Assembly: GCF_009914755.1 (NCBI RefSeq)
Contig: NC_060925.1
DNA: 64,000 nt
From: the human T2T-CHM13v2.0 reference genome, Homo sapiens
Direction: 5' to 3' (one strand)
Position 1 is the stretch's first letter. Every line of letters starts with the position of its first letter. The notes below the pieces were generated by a model, which saw only the letters and a list, made by a program, of their open reading frames with translations, searched no databases and was not told the origin of the DNA. This document shows positions 1 to 14,775 of this stretch, piece after piece. A program made the position numbers and the translations under genes.

Positions 1-3000
1 TGTATAGATTCTAAATATGTATCATACCTGGCATCTTTAATATCAATTCTATTCGGAGTTTATGAAATTATTAGAATGCCTTAAATCACTCGAGTGGAAA
101 ATGTGTAAGCATTCTAGTCACTTAAGAAGATACTAAATGCACATTTAAAAAATGCGACCCATTTTCACAATCTACATCAAGAATGTTGAGGTAATTCCCT
201 AGAAACTCATGAATCATGAAACTGCGTGGCAGCATAGGTTGTTAAAAATACACTGTACAACTACTAATCCATATACCGTAAGTCACTTTTCGTGTGTAAT
301 TTTATCCTAAGTTGATCGGTCAAATCTATTCTCCTGTGTTCTGGTTTAAGTGGAAAATTGAAGGAGACCGGATGTTTTAATTTGGAAGACTGCTTGGCTA
401 ATGACTGGAATTCTAGGCAATTGAATTAGCAGGCATGCAATTGTTCACGATTAGCTATATACATCCTTTTTGTTGCTGGGAGAACTCGAAAGTTTCTAGG
501 TTTTAATTCTCAAGTTTTAATTTAAACATGTAATTAAATACATGGACCATTAAAAGAACTCTGTTCCCTACTTTTTATGATTGTCCCAACTTCATGCTTA
601 TCTAGTTGGGTACATGTCAGGGTGAGAAACATTGCTGGTTGACCTGGGTAGGGAATTGACAGAACACTCACACATGCGGATGATACTGTAGAGGAATTGT
701 CACAAACAACCCTAAGCTCAAGCAGTCAGGTGCAGGCATGGAGAGGTTTTGTAAACCGTGCTTGTCTCTAACTTCCAACCTTAAATAGAAATATGACTAT
801 GAAATTTTACATTATTACTGTCAAACTATGTTTATATTCAGTGGCCTATAGTAAGGTCAATATTTTTAACCTACAGAAGTGGGATATAAGGTCTGAAGTT
901 TGAAAATGGACCATTTACCAACTACCTGGTGGCTTTGGATAGGAAGCCACAGGGATTTTGTCATGAAGTATAATAACATAATTTGGAATCCTAATTTCCA
1001 TCCCCCTGCCTTTTTTTTTTTTTTCTAAAACAATTTTTAAAGTATGTAACTCATCCTTGGTTTTAACCAGCCAAATACTGTTTCACATGAAAGGGGAATG
1101 TACATTTGACCCCCATAGAATAATTTCTTGAGCAGTTACAAGCTTACAAAAAGGGGAGGGAGGGGGACTTTTTATTTTCAGTTCCTATAGTAACTGGTCA
1201 GAGTATCTCAAAGCTTCCTGAAGATGCTGAGCGTTTACTTGAATTTAGTTCTGTGGACTAACATCTAATTTTAAGTAAGGAACATTATCTTAACAATCTT
1301 AACTGGATATACTTATAAAAATAATATTTTGACATGATTTGGAAGAAGTAACTTCTTAAAACATTCTTTGCAAAACTAGAACAGAATATTAATTACACAA
1401 ACTGCCACATTTGGTAAGTGAAATGAAGGAATCATTTATTTGCCACATTTAAAAAAGGAAATTAATTTGTCATGTGATCATGTTGGAAACCATTAAAACT
1501 GATCCCTCCTTTGACATCTGGCTGATACATAGTATATTTTAAATATGTAGTTTTATTTACTTTAGAAAACTTCTTTTTCCTTTAGATAATCAATTATGCA
1601 CTGGATTGATGTGGGTTCAGCATTGTGTGCTAGGGGTACCCTAGGGAAGATCCAAGAAGTATAAAGTGTTAAGGATACTAGTTTCGGATTTCCTTTCTGG
1701 TTAATTATGCTATCAGATTAATAGGTGAATCAAATAGAGTTTTTCTTTAACATTTGTTATGAATATCTACAAATAGGTTATTGAAAGGTTGGAAAAAGGG
1801 GAATACTATATTAACATTTTAGAACAGTTAAAATGGCCAAAATAATCATTTTCCAAGTAAATCTTTTTAACTACCATCAAAAAATCTTTTTTTTTTTTTT
1901 TTTTACCAATAAGTGGCACTACTTAAAAAATCTCGAACTTCCAAGTGTTACGTATAAAACACACACCGACTCACTGACTCCATGAAGCCTTGACTCAAGA
2001 AATCCCATTGTACATATAAGATTTTTTTTTTTAATGGTCTTAAGACCTCAAAATTTCCTGCATGGCATGACTATTTTATTCCTATAAAGCTTAAAACATT
2101 CTTTGATTTCCACTATAACGAGGGAAAGTTTCACATGCTCTGACTAGGAAACTGAGATAATTTTATATTTTAATTTGTAGATACTGACCTAAATTTTTGT
2201 TATAATTGTTTGTTGCAATGCTTGAATTTGCTGATAAGGTACAGTGAATTGAGTGTGAATTTGAAATGCGGCAAAGAAAAGCTCCGTCCTTTTCACTGAA
2301 ATTACTTGACATTAAAATGCTAAAGATACCATCTTTAAAAATAAAGGAATAGTTTTATTTTTTAAAAGCGAATAGCTTTTAGGAGTTTCATTTTGGCTGT
2401 AGTCCAAGTTTATTATACTGACAGGATTTTGTCCCTTATGTTAAAATTTTTGTACCTTTGCCTACAAAAACACGGCAAAATATCTTTGTATATAATCCCT
2501 TGGTTTAAAATGTAGAACCGTTTATCTTTTGACTCCGAGTAGGTTTACTTCCATAAAAAAGAAACATTTTATGCTTCTAGGACCTCCGCCCTTGCTTACA
2601 TTTCCTTAATATTATAAAAGGATAGCTAAAGTAATCAGATCTTATTGATGACACGGGAGGTTTTTAGAAATTCATTTTCAGAGGCACTTTAGAAATTGGA
2701 CTTTCAGTATTTTTGTGAACCAACCCCTTAAAAAAATCTTTACTAATTAACTTTTGTAATTTCTTGTGAAAGAAGCTAAACTCCAAATTTAAAACACTGT
2801 AATCAGAAAGGATGAGGTCATATAAATGGAACAATGGCATGAAAAGTTGTTTTTTTTTTTTAAGTCTAAATACTTTATAATGTATCTGCTTACACTAAAT
2901 AAATTGTTGAATTAATCATCCAGGTAATTCAGGCTTATAGGATAGTATTTGTCTAAAAATATTTAAGTACTTGCAATAAATCAGCATTTTTTTTGAGAGG

Positions 3001-5836
3001 GATGAATTATCCAGGTAAATTTCCTGATTTGATTCTAGCATTTACTAATGTACTGTGCATCATAATTCCTAGGTTTATGTGATCATGGTACTTTTCTTTA
3101 GCTGTAGGTACTTCACAAAAAATGTATATATATATTCTTTGAAAACCAAAATTTTTCTTGACTTTTGGGGCACATATGGCCAAATAAGGTATCTCCCTTT
3201 TCTAATCTTTGGAAATGGGTTTGCAGTCAAGCTTGCAATTTGCTATAGGAGGCATTCTCTAGTTAGTTTGGCAAGAAAGGAGTGAAAACCCAATTTGGCT
3301 TTAAAATGTAGCACATTAGTCAGTAACAGTTTCAGTGAGGATATTTAGAGTGGCTTTGAGAGGCCGTGTGACACCCAGAGAGAGTCCATTCACGGAAATG
3401 ACTTATTTACAGTTTGTTATAATCTCTTTAGTTAATCATTAAATCAAGTAGCTTTTATTAAATGTCAATATGTATGGTTAATATGACTACATAGGAATTT
3501 TAAAAAGTCATATTGCCCCAAATATTCATGTTTGTAAAGGGTATATTTGTAGTTAATATGAAGTGGAGCTTGGAAAACGTATTTGAATATTGGTAAACAT
3601 TTATAGGACAGATTAAATGTGTTGTTTCAATACATAATGCATCTACAGTGGTATGAACCTGAAAGAATAGCATAACCTTATTTATGGATGCTATATGCCA
3701 AACCAGAGCTAACTTTTGATATGTGGCAGCTTACAAGGATGGATCTTTATCGTGTATGATTTATAAATATATATTACTTAAAACTGTAAAACAGGACACA
3801 TTCATTTTATCTTAAAAATCATATTTAATGCAGTTTACCTTTGAGAGGATTTTAAAGACCCAAATATTTTTGTATGTCTAATGCTCTGAAATGATCTTTG
3901 ATCAAAGTAAGAGCATTTAGATTTTTCATCTGACTCTCTTAAAATTTGTTTTTGAAAACAGCCTCAAAATATAAACATACCTTTTCTGTGGACCATGTCT
4001 TTGGAACTATATCATGTAAATTAGCTGTTTGGTAATATTGAAATGCCAACTGCATGTTTACTAGGCAGCAATGCTTCCTAAGGATGTGTATTTGGATAAT
4101 TTTTGGAAAAGCACAATAGTACACTAATAGGTAATTAAAACATTTAAGAAAAATAGTCATTGTTTGTGAACCATAGTTACCATAGACGTTGGTGCCAACG
4201 ATTTGTTTTTAGTGTATTAAAAAAATCTATTTTTTTCTAATTATAATGGTTTCTGAGTGTCACTTAAAAGCTTTATGAAGTAGAAGAAATTTGAGCATAG
4301 AACCATAGCTCAAGAAAACCTAATTTATAAAAGTTATTCTTATAACTACCTGTTTTTGAGAAAGAAGGTCTCATGCTTATGCATGTGATGAGGGAGAATG
4401 GGACAGGTTTATATTCAAAGCATAGTCATTATCCACGAGCCCTTCGCATAAAATTTGTTTAAGATCTCTTCAAAATCTCCAAGACTTTGCAACTGAATAA
4501 ACCGAAAGAAACTGAAGTCTGGCAGATGGAATATTCCTTTAGGTTCTGATTTTTGTTGAGATGAAAACTAAAATTCATACTTTATAGTCGGTTCTCTCTG
4601 TTTCTCAATGTCCTTTTATTTACTATAGGAGGGTAAATTTTATGCATCAAGTGATTTTGACACCATTGCACAACTGAATTTTCAAGCCAAGTTTGTTTTT
4701 GTGTCTGACTTTCTACCATTCTGAAAAAATCGAAACAAATTTAAAATGAACACTGTATTTGAAATGGGCCCTATTTACCACTGGGTACCAGCAAACTGCA
4801 TATTCCCACTGAGGGAGGGCTGAGCATGCAGATGAAAGAGCTGAGGCATTTTCCAGGGGCTCATGACAATAAACGACATCGAATTGGATGAAATCCTTAG
4901 GTTAAAGGAAAAAAATAAATTAGGGAATATGTTGGGTCACAATGAAGTTTTGCTTTTCATAGTAAGTGTGAAGTCTAGAAAATGTGGTGATTTCTCACAT
5001 TCTATTTATATGTTATTTTACTTGAGGGATGCCTCAAAGCAGTACTAGAATCACTTCTGTGCAAAAGGGGGAGGAAAGGAGGGTTTGTCATCATGTATTC
5101 AGTTTGCTTTGTAAAGGTGCTTATCTTGCAGTAAAAATAATATTTTAGTCAAAGTATGACAGGCGGTTTGTAGGCTTGACCAGTATGGAAGGATTTTAAA
5201 TGATTGGAGTGTTTCTGTTTAAAAGTCAGTCAAGTAACACCCTCAAAGACTAAGGCGATCAATCCTCCTATTGTTATTCTTATTTAGTAGTACATATATG
5301 CTTTTTTTTCTCTCTCCTAACGTAACAGAACGTTTAAGCCTTCTAACCAAAAACAATTCCAAGCTTACATCTGTATCCTGAATTTTAAAATTTACATTCT
5401 GGCCTGGTCCCTTTTGAAATAATGAACTAATTCTGTTATTCAAATGATAAAAATCCAGTGGCCAGCATGGCCCAATTGTTTTCCATTATTTGTAGACCTA
5501 CAGTATATGTCTGATCATCCCCGCTTACAGACTGCCGCATCACGTGCTTTTCCACAGAGAGTGATTGATTGAAAGTCACAAAAACTTACAGCTGGAAGGG
5601 GCAACAGTGACTTCCGGTTCATTCATCCTGAAAGTGGAGGAGCAGGCATGGGGAGGTGAAGCGGCTCAAAGCTCTTTACAAACATTTCATACCTTCCCCA
5701 AACCTTTGGTACTATCATTTTATAGATGACTTTTTCTCTGCTTAGAGGCTCACAAAGGCTCAACTCCTTGCTCTGGGCACATCTTTGATCAAGTCTGAAT
5801 CTGAAATCAACATTCTGGTTATGCCTAAGTGATAAA

Positions 5837-5853
5837 ATTTGCATTATGCAAAT
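5837..5853. promoter_or_regulatory. Palindromic double octamer (POU-binding) ATTTGCAT-T-ATGCAAAT
   Basis: Two perfect ATGCAAAT octamers in inverted orientation separated by 1 nt; binding not demonstrated. Confidence 0.4.
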
Positions 5854-8800
5854 ATCTATTTACCATGATTACATGTACCATTGTCTGCGATCTATGTTTA
5901 CCAATGGAATCTAAGATTGGAATGATACTATTTCTTTTCCTGACTTTGACCCTATCAACTATTTAAAAAATACATACAGCAGAACGTTCTCTGATGGTGT
6001 CAAAGAGGACATGTTTTGGCCCATCTCCTTCCAGCTCACCAAGAGCTAAAACCCTGTCAGGATCTTCCTGACCAACACACTCTCCCTCTCTGCTTCCAGC
6101 TACGAAAGGGTTGCTTGGGTTTCCAAAACATGTTATTTGTTCAACCACAACGAGGCACTGCTCCTTGCAGCTAGTCACTGCAGGGTTGTCAGAGCTGTTG
6201 CTGGACGTGCAGAAGGGAGAGATGAAACATGGACCGAGGGCGGCAGCCAAACGGGATCCTCAAAACTTGTTTGCTGCTGAAATGGGAGAATTGAATATTT
6301 TTCCACTTAATCTAAAAATTGGCCTTGGTTTCTTGGAATGTTTCTCACCTCCTCTCAGCATCATCTACTGGAAAGAAGGCTCAAGAGAAAGTTGGGGAAG
6401 ATCTATCAATGAAACACCCGAGGAAACCCACCCTGATACCTTCATTTCTCCATTTGTAAGACCAGCATATTCATACCCGTGTCACCTTTTTCTTTAGAAT
6501 AACATGAAAATGAATATGCAAAAGCATTAAGCTTTCAGAGGAAAGATGCTATGCAAATTTGAGGTGACCTCACTATTACAATAATAATTTTTTTTTGCAC
6601 TAAGACGAAATTTTTCCTTATCCTAAAGCCTTCCTACCAAGGTAGACTTTTTTCAATGTGGGTTTTTGTGATTTAAATTCACCAAGCACTGATAGTTTCA
6701 AGTTTATTTCAGTATTAAGCAGGAAAGCAGTTTCTGCATGAAATGTGAAAACTAAAATACCATAGTAATGAAAAAGATTCCGCATCCTCAGGTGGGTTTT
6801 GCAGGTGTGTACGTGTTTAGCTATACACATCTCATATCACTTACATTGTACTTGTGATTCTTTTCTCAAATCCCAAATCTCTCAAAGCCCTTTCAAATTT
6901 CTATCTGATTAACTAGTCCAAAGGCTAAGTTGGATACAGATATTTTTTCTCTTCAGGCTGAAGAAATCAAGACTGAAAGCGTTGGTTCATGTTTACTCTT
7001 GTATCATAAGTATTTTTAAAAGTATGATTAATATATATAATAACAAACCAGCACAGCTCCCCTGGGAGGCACACATATTAAAATGATTTACCCGGAGATT
7101 TAAATGATTTACTCCACTCTCACCAGGAGAAGGTGGCCCATGCCAGAGCCCACCTCAGAGCATCTCAATCTCAGGCCTTGCCTCATCTATGTGCTCTTTT
7201 ATGTGCAGGTGCAGCCCACGTTGTGGTGTAATGCAAATCTATGGCTATACTGTATCACAGCGAATAAATCCATTTGGAGAAAAAGGCACCTGGTGAAAGG
7301 CCACAGTGCAATGGAATGCAATGCTGCTATGTGCAATGCTGCTTACAAGAAAACTTTGGGTAAATATTGCACGGGTCAAACTTACGATCCAACTTTTTCA
7401 CGTAACAGGGCCGCGTATTGGATGCCTTCAGAATTCCCATTCAGCGTGTCCACTTTGCTCTTTGATGCAATGCCACCTCACAAAAGCATTCAAGCCACAG
7501 TCATCTATTTTTTTCCTTCTTTCTCCCCTTGCTATAATGACCCAAATCTCCGTTTTTACTTTGTAATTTTTGTAAGATTTTAAGGCAATGACTATAATAA
7601 TTCATGTTTAGTGAAATAATTCTTTTGGTTGATATATTTCACAGTTTGGTCTCTAAAAAAAGTTAAAAAACAACAACAAGAACCAAAAACAAACAACCCC
7701 CCGCCCCAAGCTTCCCTCTGCTTGATGCCATAGACAAGAGTCCAAAGGACATTAGCTGCTCCATTGCACACATTGGAAGGGAGAGTTTGCTGTGAGCTCA
7801 GTCCTTCTAATAGACTGGCAATTTTGTAAAAGATTTAGAGAATTTTGTTTAACCATTTCTGCATGTGTTTTTAATGAGCTCATGATGGTTTCTAACAAAG
7901 GCCAGGTTGTGTGTTTTCCAGCACTTTCTGACCTGATTCCTCCCTGCTGACTTGGGGAGTGGGCACCTGTGCTTCTCTCCTGGCTCACCTATGGGAGTCG
8001 GGGTGGTGGGGCCATCTCCGGGCCTGTCTTCACGCCAGGGATGAATCATGTAGTAGGCAGAGTGGAAGGAGTCTCTTTGTTGACAGCTTTCCATCTGGAC
8101 TTTGGATACGGCTGATCGTTCATGTAGAGCCGTGGTTAGCTGGAAGGGGCTACGCGAGTCAGCTCCTCCTTAAGGGATCAAGGGTGTGTAAAACATCAGG
8201 AAAGAACTGCCTGGGATTTCATTTGCAAAGCTTAGAGAAGCATTTTATCCTCTGAGTTTCAGGTAGCCAGGGTTGTGAATGTGTATGACTGCAGCTTTGA
8301 CAGGTCGGTCTTTAATAGTCAATAGGATCATTTATAGCCTCGTTCAGATAATCCAACTGGAGTACACCTGAATAAATACATCAAGTTCAGGTGGCTAAAA
8401 GCTAACCCCTTTTGAGTTTAATAATTAAAATAAACAGAGCTATGAAGATGAATTTCAGTTTGTCATGCATAAATGTAAGAAGCTCCATAAAGGATGGTGT
8501 TCTGTGATTCATATAGGAGTATGATGGATGTATGATACGTTTTCCACAGCTATTTAAGAAAAAACGATTATCTTAGTCATGGGGTAAAGTTATGTGAAGC
8601 ATTGCACCATCCAGGCTGTGTCTGGGCCAGTACAGATTTTTTTTCTTTTTCTTTTTCTTTCTTTCTTTTTTTTTTTTTGTGAAAGATTACTTCTTGGCAA
8701 ACTAGATATGCAAACGCCAGAATACAGTAAAACCACATTTAATTGGACCTACTTGCCAACTTCTTGAACACAGCTTGGATTATTCCACTGGAGGCTGCTT

Positions 8801-9092
8801 CTGTTAAAAGCTGGGGGAGGAGGAAGTGGCATATTGACAAGACTTCAGATAATTTTTTTTTCACTCGAAGTACAATTATGCAATGAGCCAAGTTTGGAAG
8901 TATTTTACTATGTTTAATAATTATTATTAAAGATATTGTAAAACATATGCATTTGTTAAGTGGAATGTAATGGGAGTAAAATCATGTCATCAATTTTCCT
9001 TTGGATTTATTTTCCCATTTTGTGTTTTATTTGACAGCCTTCCAAATTGATTCTAGCCAAAACCATGCACTCTAATATATATCATACTTGAT

Positions 9093-9098
9093 ATTAAA
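9093..9098 (+). terminator. Candidate polyadenylation signal (ATTAAA)
   Basis: At the end of the AT-rich block, followed ~40 nt later by U-rich ttttcttctctt. Confidence 0.3.
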
Positions 9099-10783
9099 GT
9101 GAGAATGCGAGTAATTTATAGAATCTGAGTGAGAACAGTTTTCTTCTCTTAGCCAGCCTATATGGAGCTGCCACCTCTGCTCAGGTAGCAACCGACACAT
9201 GCCTTGTACACAGAAAGGAAAATAATAGGGGTCGAGAAATCCTCCACACATCCTTCCTGATAGACACTCCAAAACCCACATATCCCAGGCATTGTTCAGT
9301 GGGAGATCAGGGGCAAGGAGAAGGATAACTATTTCTTTATGTGTGTGTGAATCTAGAGGAACCAGACTTGTCTCTGGAAATGCAAGTGGGAAGTGGGATT
9401 CACTGAGAAGCCATCATTCTGCTCAGGTGAGTCCTGACTTCAGGCGAGGGATCCTAAAGGTGACACCGCGATCCTTCACCTGGAAAGCCAAGGAGACATG
9501 ACATCAGTGTGTTTCACATCCTAAGCTTAAACAAATGTATATTGTTTTTACCGCCTCTTTCTCAAGGGGGAACACTGCCCCTGAAACTGCACTCCTTGAA
9601 ACCGAGCAAAGGTGCCATCGCTAATGATTAGCAAGACGCTCCGGATGGTTTGCATCGAACTCCACCTGCTATGTGAAAACCCCATGCTTTTCTCACTTTC
9701 CCATTCAAGCTGCTTAGCAGTTGGGTCCTCTCCTCTGAGTGTGGTTATGTGTCAGTTTGACTTCTGTGTGCCCTGCGATTTCGTTGTTTTCTTCTGCCCT
9801 GCCACAGCAAATGACCAGTGGAGGCAACCCGCGGACGGAGGAAAAGGGCAGGTCCCTGCATCCATCTCAGCGCCCTGCAGCCGGCGGCCTGTCCTTTCAG
9901 GCGGGAGTTCCCAGCGGCGTTCCTAGGTGTTTTGAATGTGTGCCCCGGGGCTGGGGGAAGCCTCGTGCAGTTCTGCTGCTGTGGGAGGCAAGGGGGGACT
10001 GGAGGGGACGGGAGCAGTGTGAGGCTTTCATGTGCAGAGGGGACATGAGGACATCTGGATGGCATCCCTGTGAGCAGGGCTCCCGCTGCAGGCCTTTGAA
10101 AACCCCGCTGCCCTGGCTCCCCAGTGCCTTGGAACTTTCTCCCTGGAGAATGCAGAAAAGCCAGTGCCCTTGATTTCTTAGACATCTACAGCTTCGACAC
10201 GTGCAGGGTTATCCAGGAGCAGTGAGGTTTGGGGTGAGGGCCTGAGCACTTTCTGAAAAGTGCTTGTTTCTAAGAACCTGGAACTATGAGTGAGGAGTGA
10301 CATGAGTTCTGCCCTCAAGTCCTCTGATAACCAGCTGTGCAGTCTTGAACAAGTGACTTCATCTCTTCATCTTTAAAATAAACCTTTTGGGCCAAATGAC
10401 TCGAATGTTTTTCCAACTTCATTTTTTTTTTTTTTTACTGTTTAACAGAAATGCTGATTGAACTTGGGCTGGGAACAAAGAAATCTTTTCTAATTAGAGT
10501 AGAAATGATGACTAATATACTGCTCAAGCTTCTGAGGCTCATTGGGATCAAAGACACACTCACTCTGATAAGGGAGGGCACTGACCGGGCTGCTGACTGT
10601 TTCCACCAGCCTTCGGGTTTTAATATCTAACTACAGTTATGCCCATGCATGCTGGCCATGTGCTAGACACACGCTTCCTTGTCTTTGCTCAAGTCTAGTG
10701 GCTTTTGGGTTATTTGTATTTTTTAACAGGAGAAACCTGAGAGATCCTAAGTAGATATCAGGCAAGAGCTTGTCTAGTTCCAT

Positions 10784-11091
10784 GTTTTGTTTTGTATGTT
10801 TTGTTTTGAGATAGGGTCTTGCTCTGTCACCTAGGTTGGAGCTCAGTGGTGCAATTGTGGCCCACTGTAGCCTCGAACTCCCGGCCCAAGTCATCCTCCC
10901 ATCTCAGCCTCCTGAGTAGCTGGGACAACAGGCGTGCGCTTCCTGGCTAATTTTTTTTTTTTTTTTTTTTTTGTAGAAACAGGGTTTTGCCATGTTGCCC
11001 AGGCTGGTCTCAAATTCCTGGGCTCAAGCGATTTGCCCTCCTTGTTCTCCAAATGTGCTAGGATTACAGGCATGAGCCACCGAACCCAGTC
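10784..11091 (-). mobile_element. AluJ-type SINE
   Basis: Antisense Alu dimer (gagatagggtcttgctctgtcac...gggctcaagcgat...catgagccacc) with T-rich tail and internal T-run. Confidence 0.95.
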
Positions 11092-11792
11092 CACTTCCAT
11101 GGATTTTAAAAATGTTAAACACCTACCTTTAAGAAAGATGATGAGGCAATATCACCTTTGTTTTTGTTGCCGTCTATCAGAGAGAATGACTCCTAAGGAG
11201 TCATTCCTATGAGTCTTGCAGAGTGATTTTCTGTTTGTTCAGCTCCTTCACAGAGTCTTGGTTGGACAGCTCCCCGTCACCTTCCCCGACAGGGCCTTGC
11301 CTTTGAAAAGGCTAATTCTGGTAGACAGGCAGCTTCAACAGGAAGTGGCACACCAAGGACCATCGCTTTTGGATGTGGTTCATGGGATGTGGAGTGTCCA
11401 AGGAGATGCTGATAGGCCTAAAGATCAGAGATCATTTGACTTCGGTAGATTGTCAAAAGAGAACACAACACAATTGCAAATGGACTTTAAAATGAGAGAA
11501 AATCAAATTTCTAGTGACAATCATAAAAATGCCACAATCCACCATGGACAGCCACACCACCAACCTAGTCATTTTTTATATTTCTAGCTTGTACTTAATC
11601 CATTCCAGCATGGAGCAAAACGCTATCAGTGTTCTGTGAAGAAACAGTCCAAGAGAATGATTGCAGTCTAATTTGCATAAGAGTCTAACTCAAATATTTT
11701 CACTTTTTTTTTCATTTTGAAGTCACAAAGTAAAATGGTTGAGGAATTTAAGATTAGCATGTAAGCGAGACTGAAATAGGACTATGTTCTCA

Positions 11793-12300
11793 TATTAGTT
11801 AAAACTCTTTGGTTGCAAGGAAGAGAAATCCAACTTAAGTGAGTTTAAGCCAAAAAAGAATTTTATTATAAGGCTACTTGGATTCAATGGAATCCAAAAG
11901 AGGAATATGGCTAGGCCTTGCAAGCAGCTAGAACTAGAAGCTCAAATGCCGTCTGGATTTGCTCTCCTCTCCTTGCCTCTGATTCTCTTTCTGCTGATTG
12001 GCATTTTCTATTCCTCAGTCCACATGGTGGAACAGGGCTGCCAACTGCTTCTGCATTTACATGCCTTCATTTTCAGACACCCAGAGAGAGACTGACTTCT
12101 TTTGTCAGTTGCAGTTCCCAAATCCTGGGGGGAGGGCTATGATTGGCCCGTTTGGATCAGGTGTCCACCTCTTGACCAATGGTCGGTGCCAAGGGTGAGG
12201 CCCGTTGTAGCAAAAGTTAGTCTCCCATGGTGCCATATTGAAGGCACCGCATATGCATGCACAGGGGGCATGGGAGCAGGGCAGACAGTTTCCCAGAATG
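11793..12300 (-). mobile_element. Old MaLR LTR (MLT1J/K-like)
   Basis: ctttggttgcaaggaagagaaatccaact...aagccaaaaaagaattttatt and gattggcccgtttggatcaggtgtccacctcttgaccaat resemble old MLT1 LTRs. Confidence 0.6.
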
Positions 12301-13083
12301 CGGCTGGTGCTGAGCTGACGAAGCAATGGGGGCTCTTTACATTTCTCAACGAAAATTAAAGGGAAATGAGGAGAAAATATTATTTCTTTGGAAGTGAGAA
12401 TAGTATATTCTCCCTTTTGGTGTCTCCAGAGTTCATTTCTAACCCATGGCCAAATGGTTAAGTGAAATAATGTTGTTTTTTTTTTTAAAAAAAGTACAGT
12501 AAAATATCAATTACTTTTCACTTAACTTGGCTTATCTAATCTTCTTCCCTTATGACCTTACAGTCTTGGAGCATGTTCACATACATTTTTCTGAAACCCT
12601 TACTTGATCCATGCTGCGGAGGCCATGTGACTCAATTGCTGAGCCGACCCTTCAGCTATTTAATACTGATCCAGATGCCCTGTGGGTGGGACAGAGGGTG
12701 ATCAGACAACAGCACCCATGAACAAAGAAGATGTCTCCCCTTTCCCCGTGTTCGGGACGGAGGAAGGAGACTCGTGTCACTGAAGAGCTCTGTATTCACA
12801 GCAGGTGTGGAATGTGTGTTCTCCACGTAGAAACACCGGAATCTAGGAGGCGAGGGCATGGAGGCGTCGAGAGCATCAGTGCAGGTTAATGGGAACCAGG
12901 CCCTCTGAGACTGAGCACCCGGGAGCATCAGCCAGGGTACTGGCTACTGACAAAGTCACACTCCCCTTCTCCCGTGCTTTCAGTGCCACTGTCTGAAAAT
13001 GAAGTTGTCCCTTAGAAGGTCCCTCTTTCCAGCCCCTGGGAGACCTGGCTTTCCTGAGCCAAGAGCAGAGAACCACTATTTCA

Positions 13084-13869
<786 letters not shown>

Positions 13870-13896
13870 CATAGTTTGTTTTAAATGGCAGACACA

Positions 13897-14279
<383 letters not shown>

Positions 14280-14482
14280 TTAGGTACTCATGGTCCCATC
14301 ACTAAAGATGCAACATAATCAGAATCAGACTTGTAAGAGATTGAACGAAGCTCCTGATTAGAATTAAGTCCTCAAGGTCAATGTGGAGACACATTGATTC
14401 AGTGTGTCACGGACTCTGGAGGAAACAAAGGGGGACATTTCAGGCACCATGGGTTTTGTTGTTGCTGTTCGTACTCCAATTC

Positions 14483-14775
<293 letters not shown>

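Larger units (their letters stand above)
1..9150. other. AT-rich block without recognisable transposons; candidate long 3' UTR extension and/or constrained non-coding region
   Basis: No Alu/MIR/L2/LTR recognised in ~9 kb, unlike the rest of the window. Many T-tracts on +, AATAAA at 2340, 2898, 2975, 4496, 7263, 8371, 8429 and ATTAAA at 9093. Function is inferred. Confidence 0.5.

Noticed and set aside
7104-7583. 159-aa ORF in the AT-rich block
   Set aside because: No known domain; composition looks like translated UTR. Ribo-seq or PhyloCSF would be needed to revive it.
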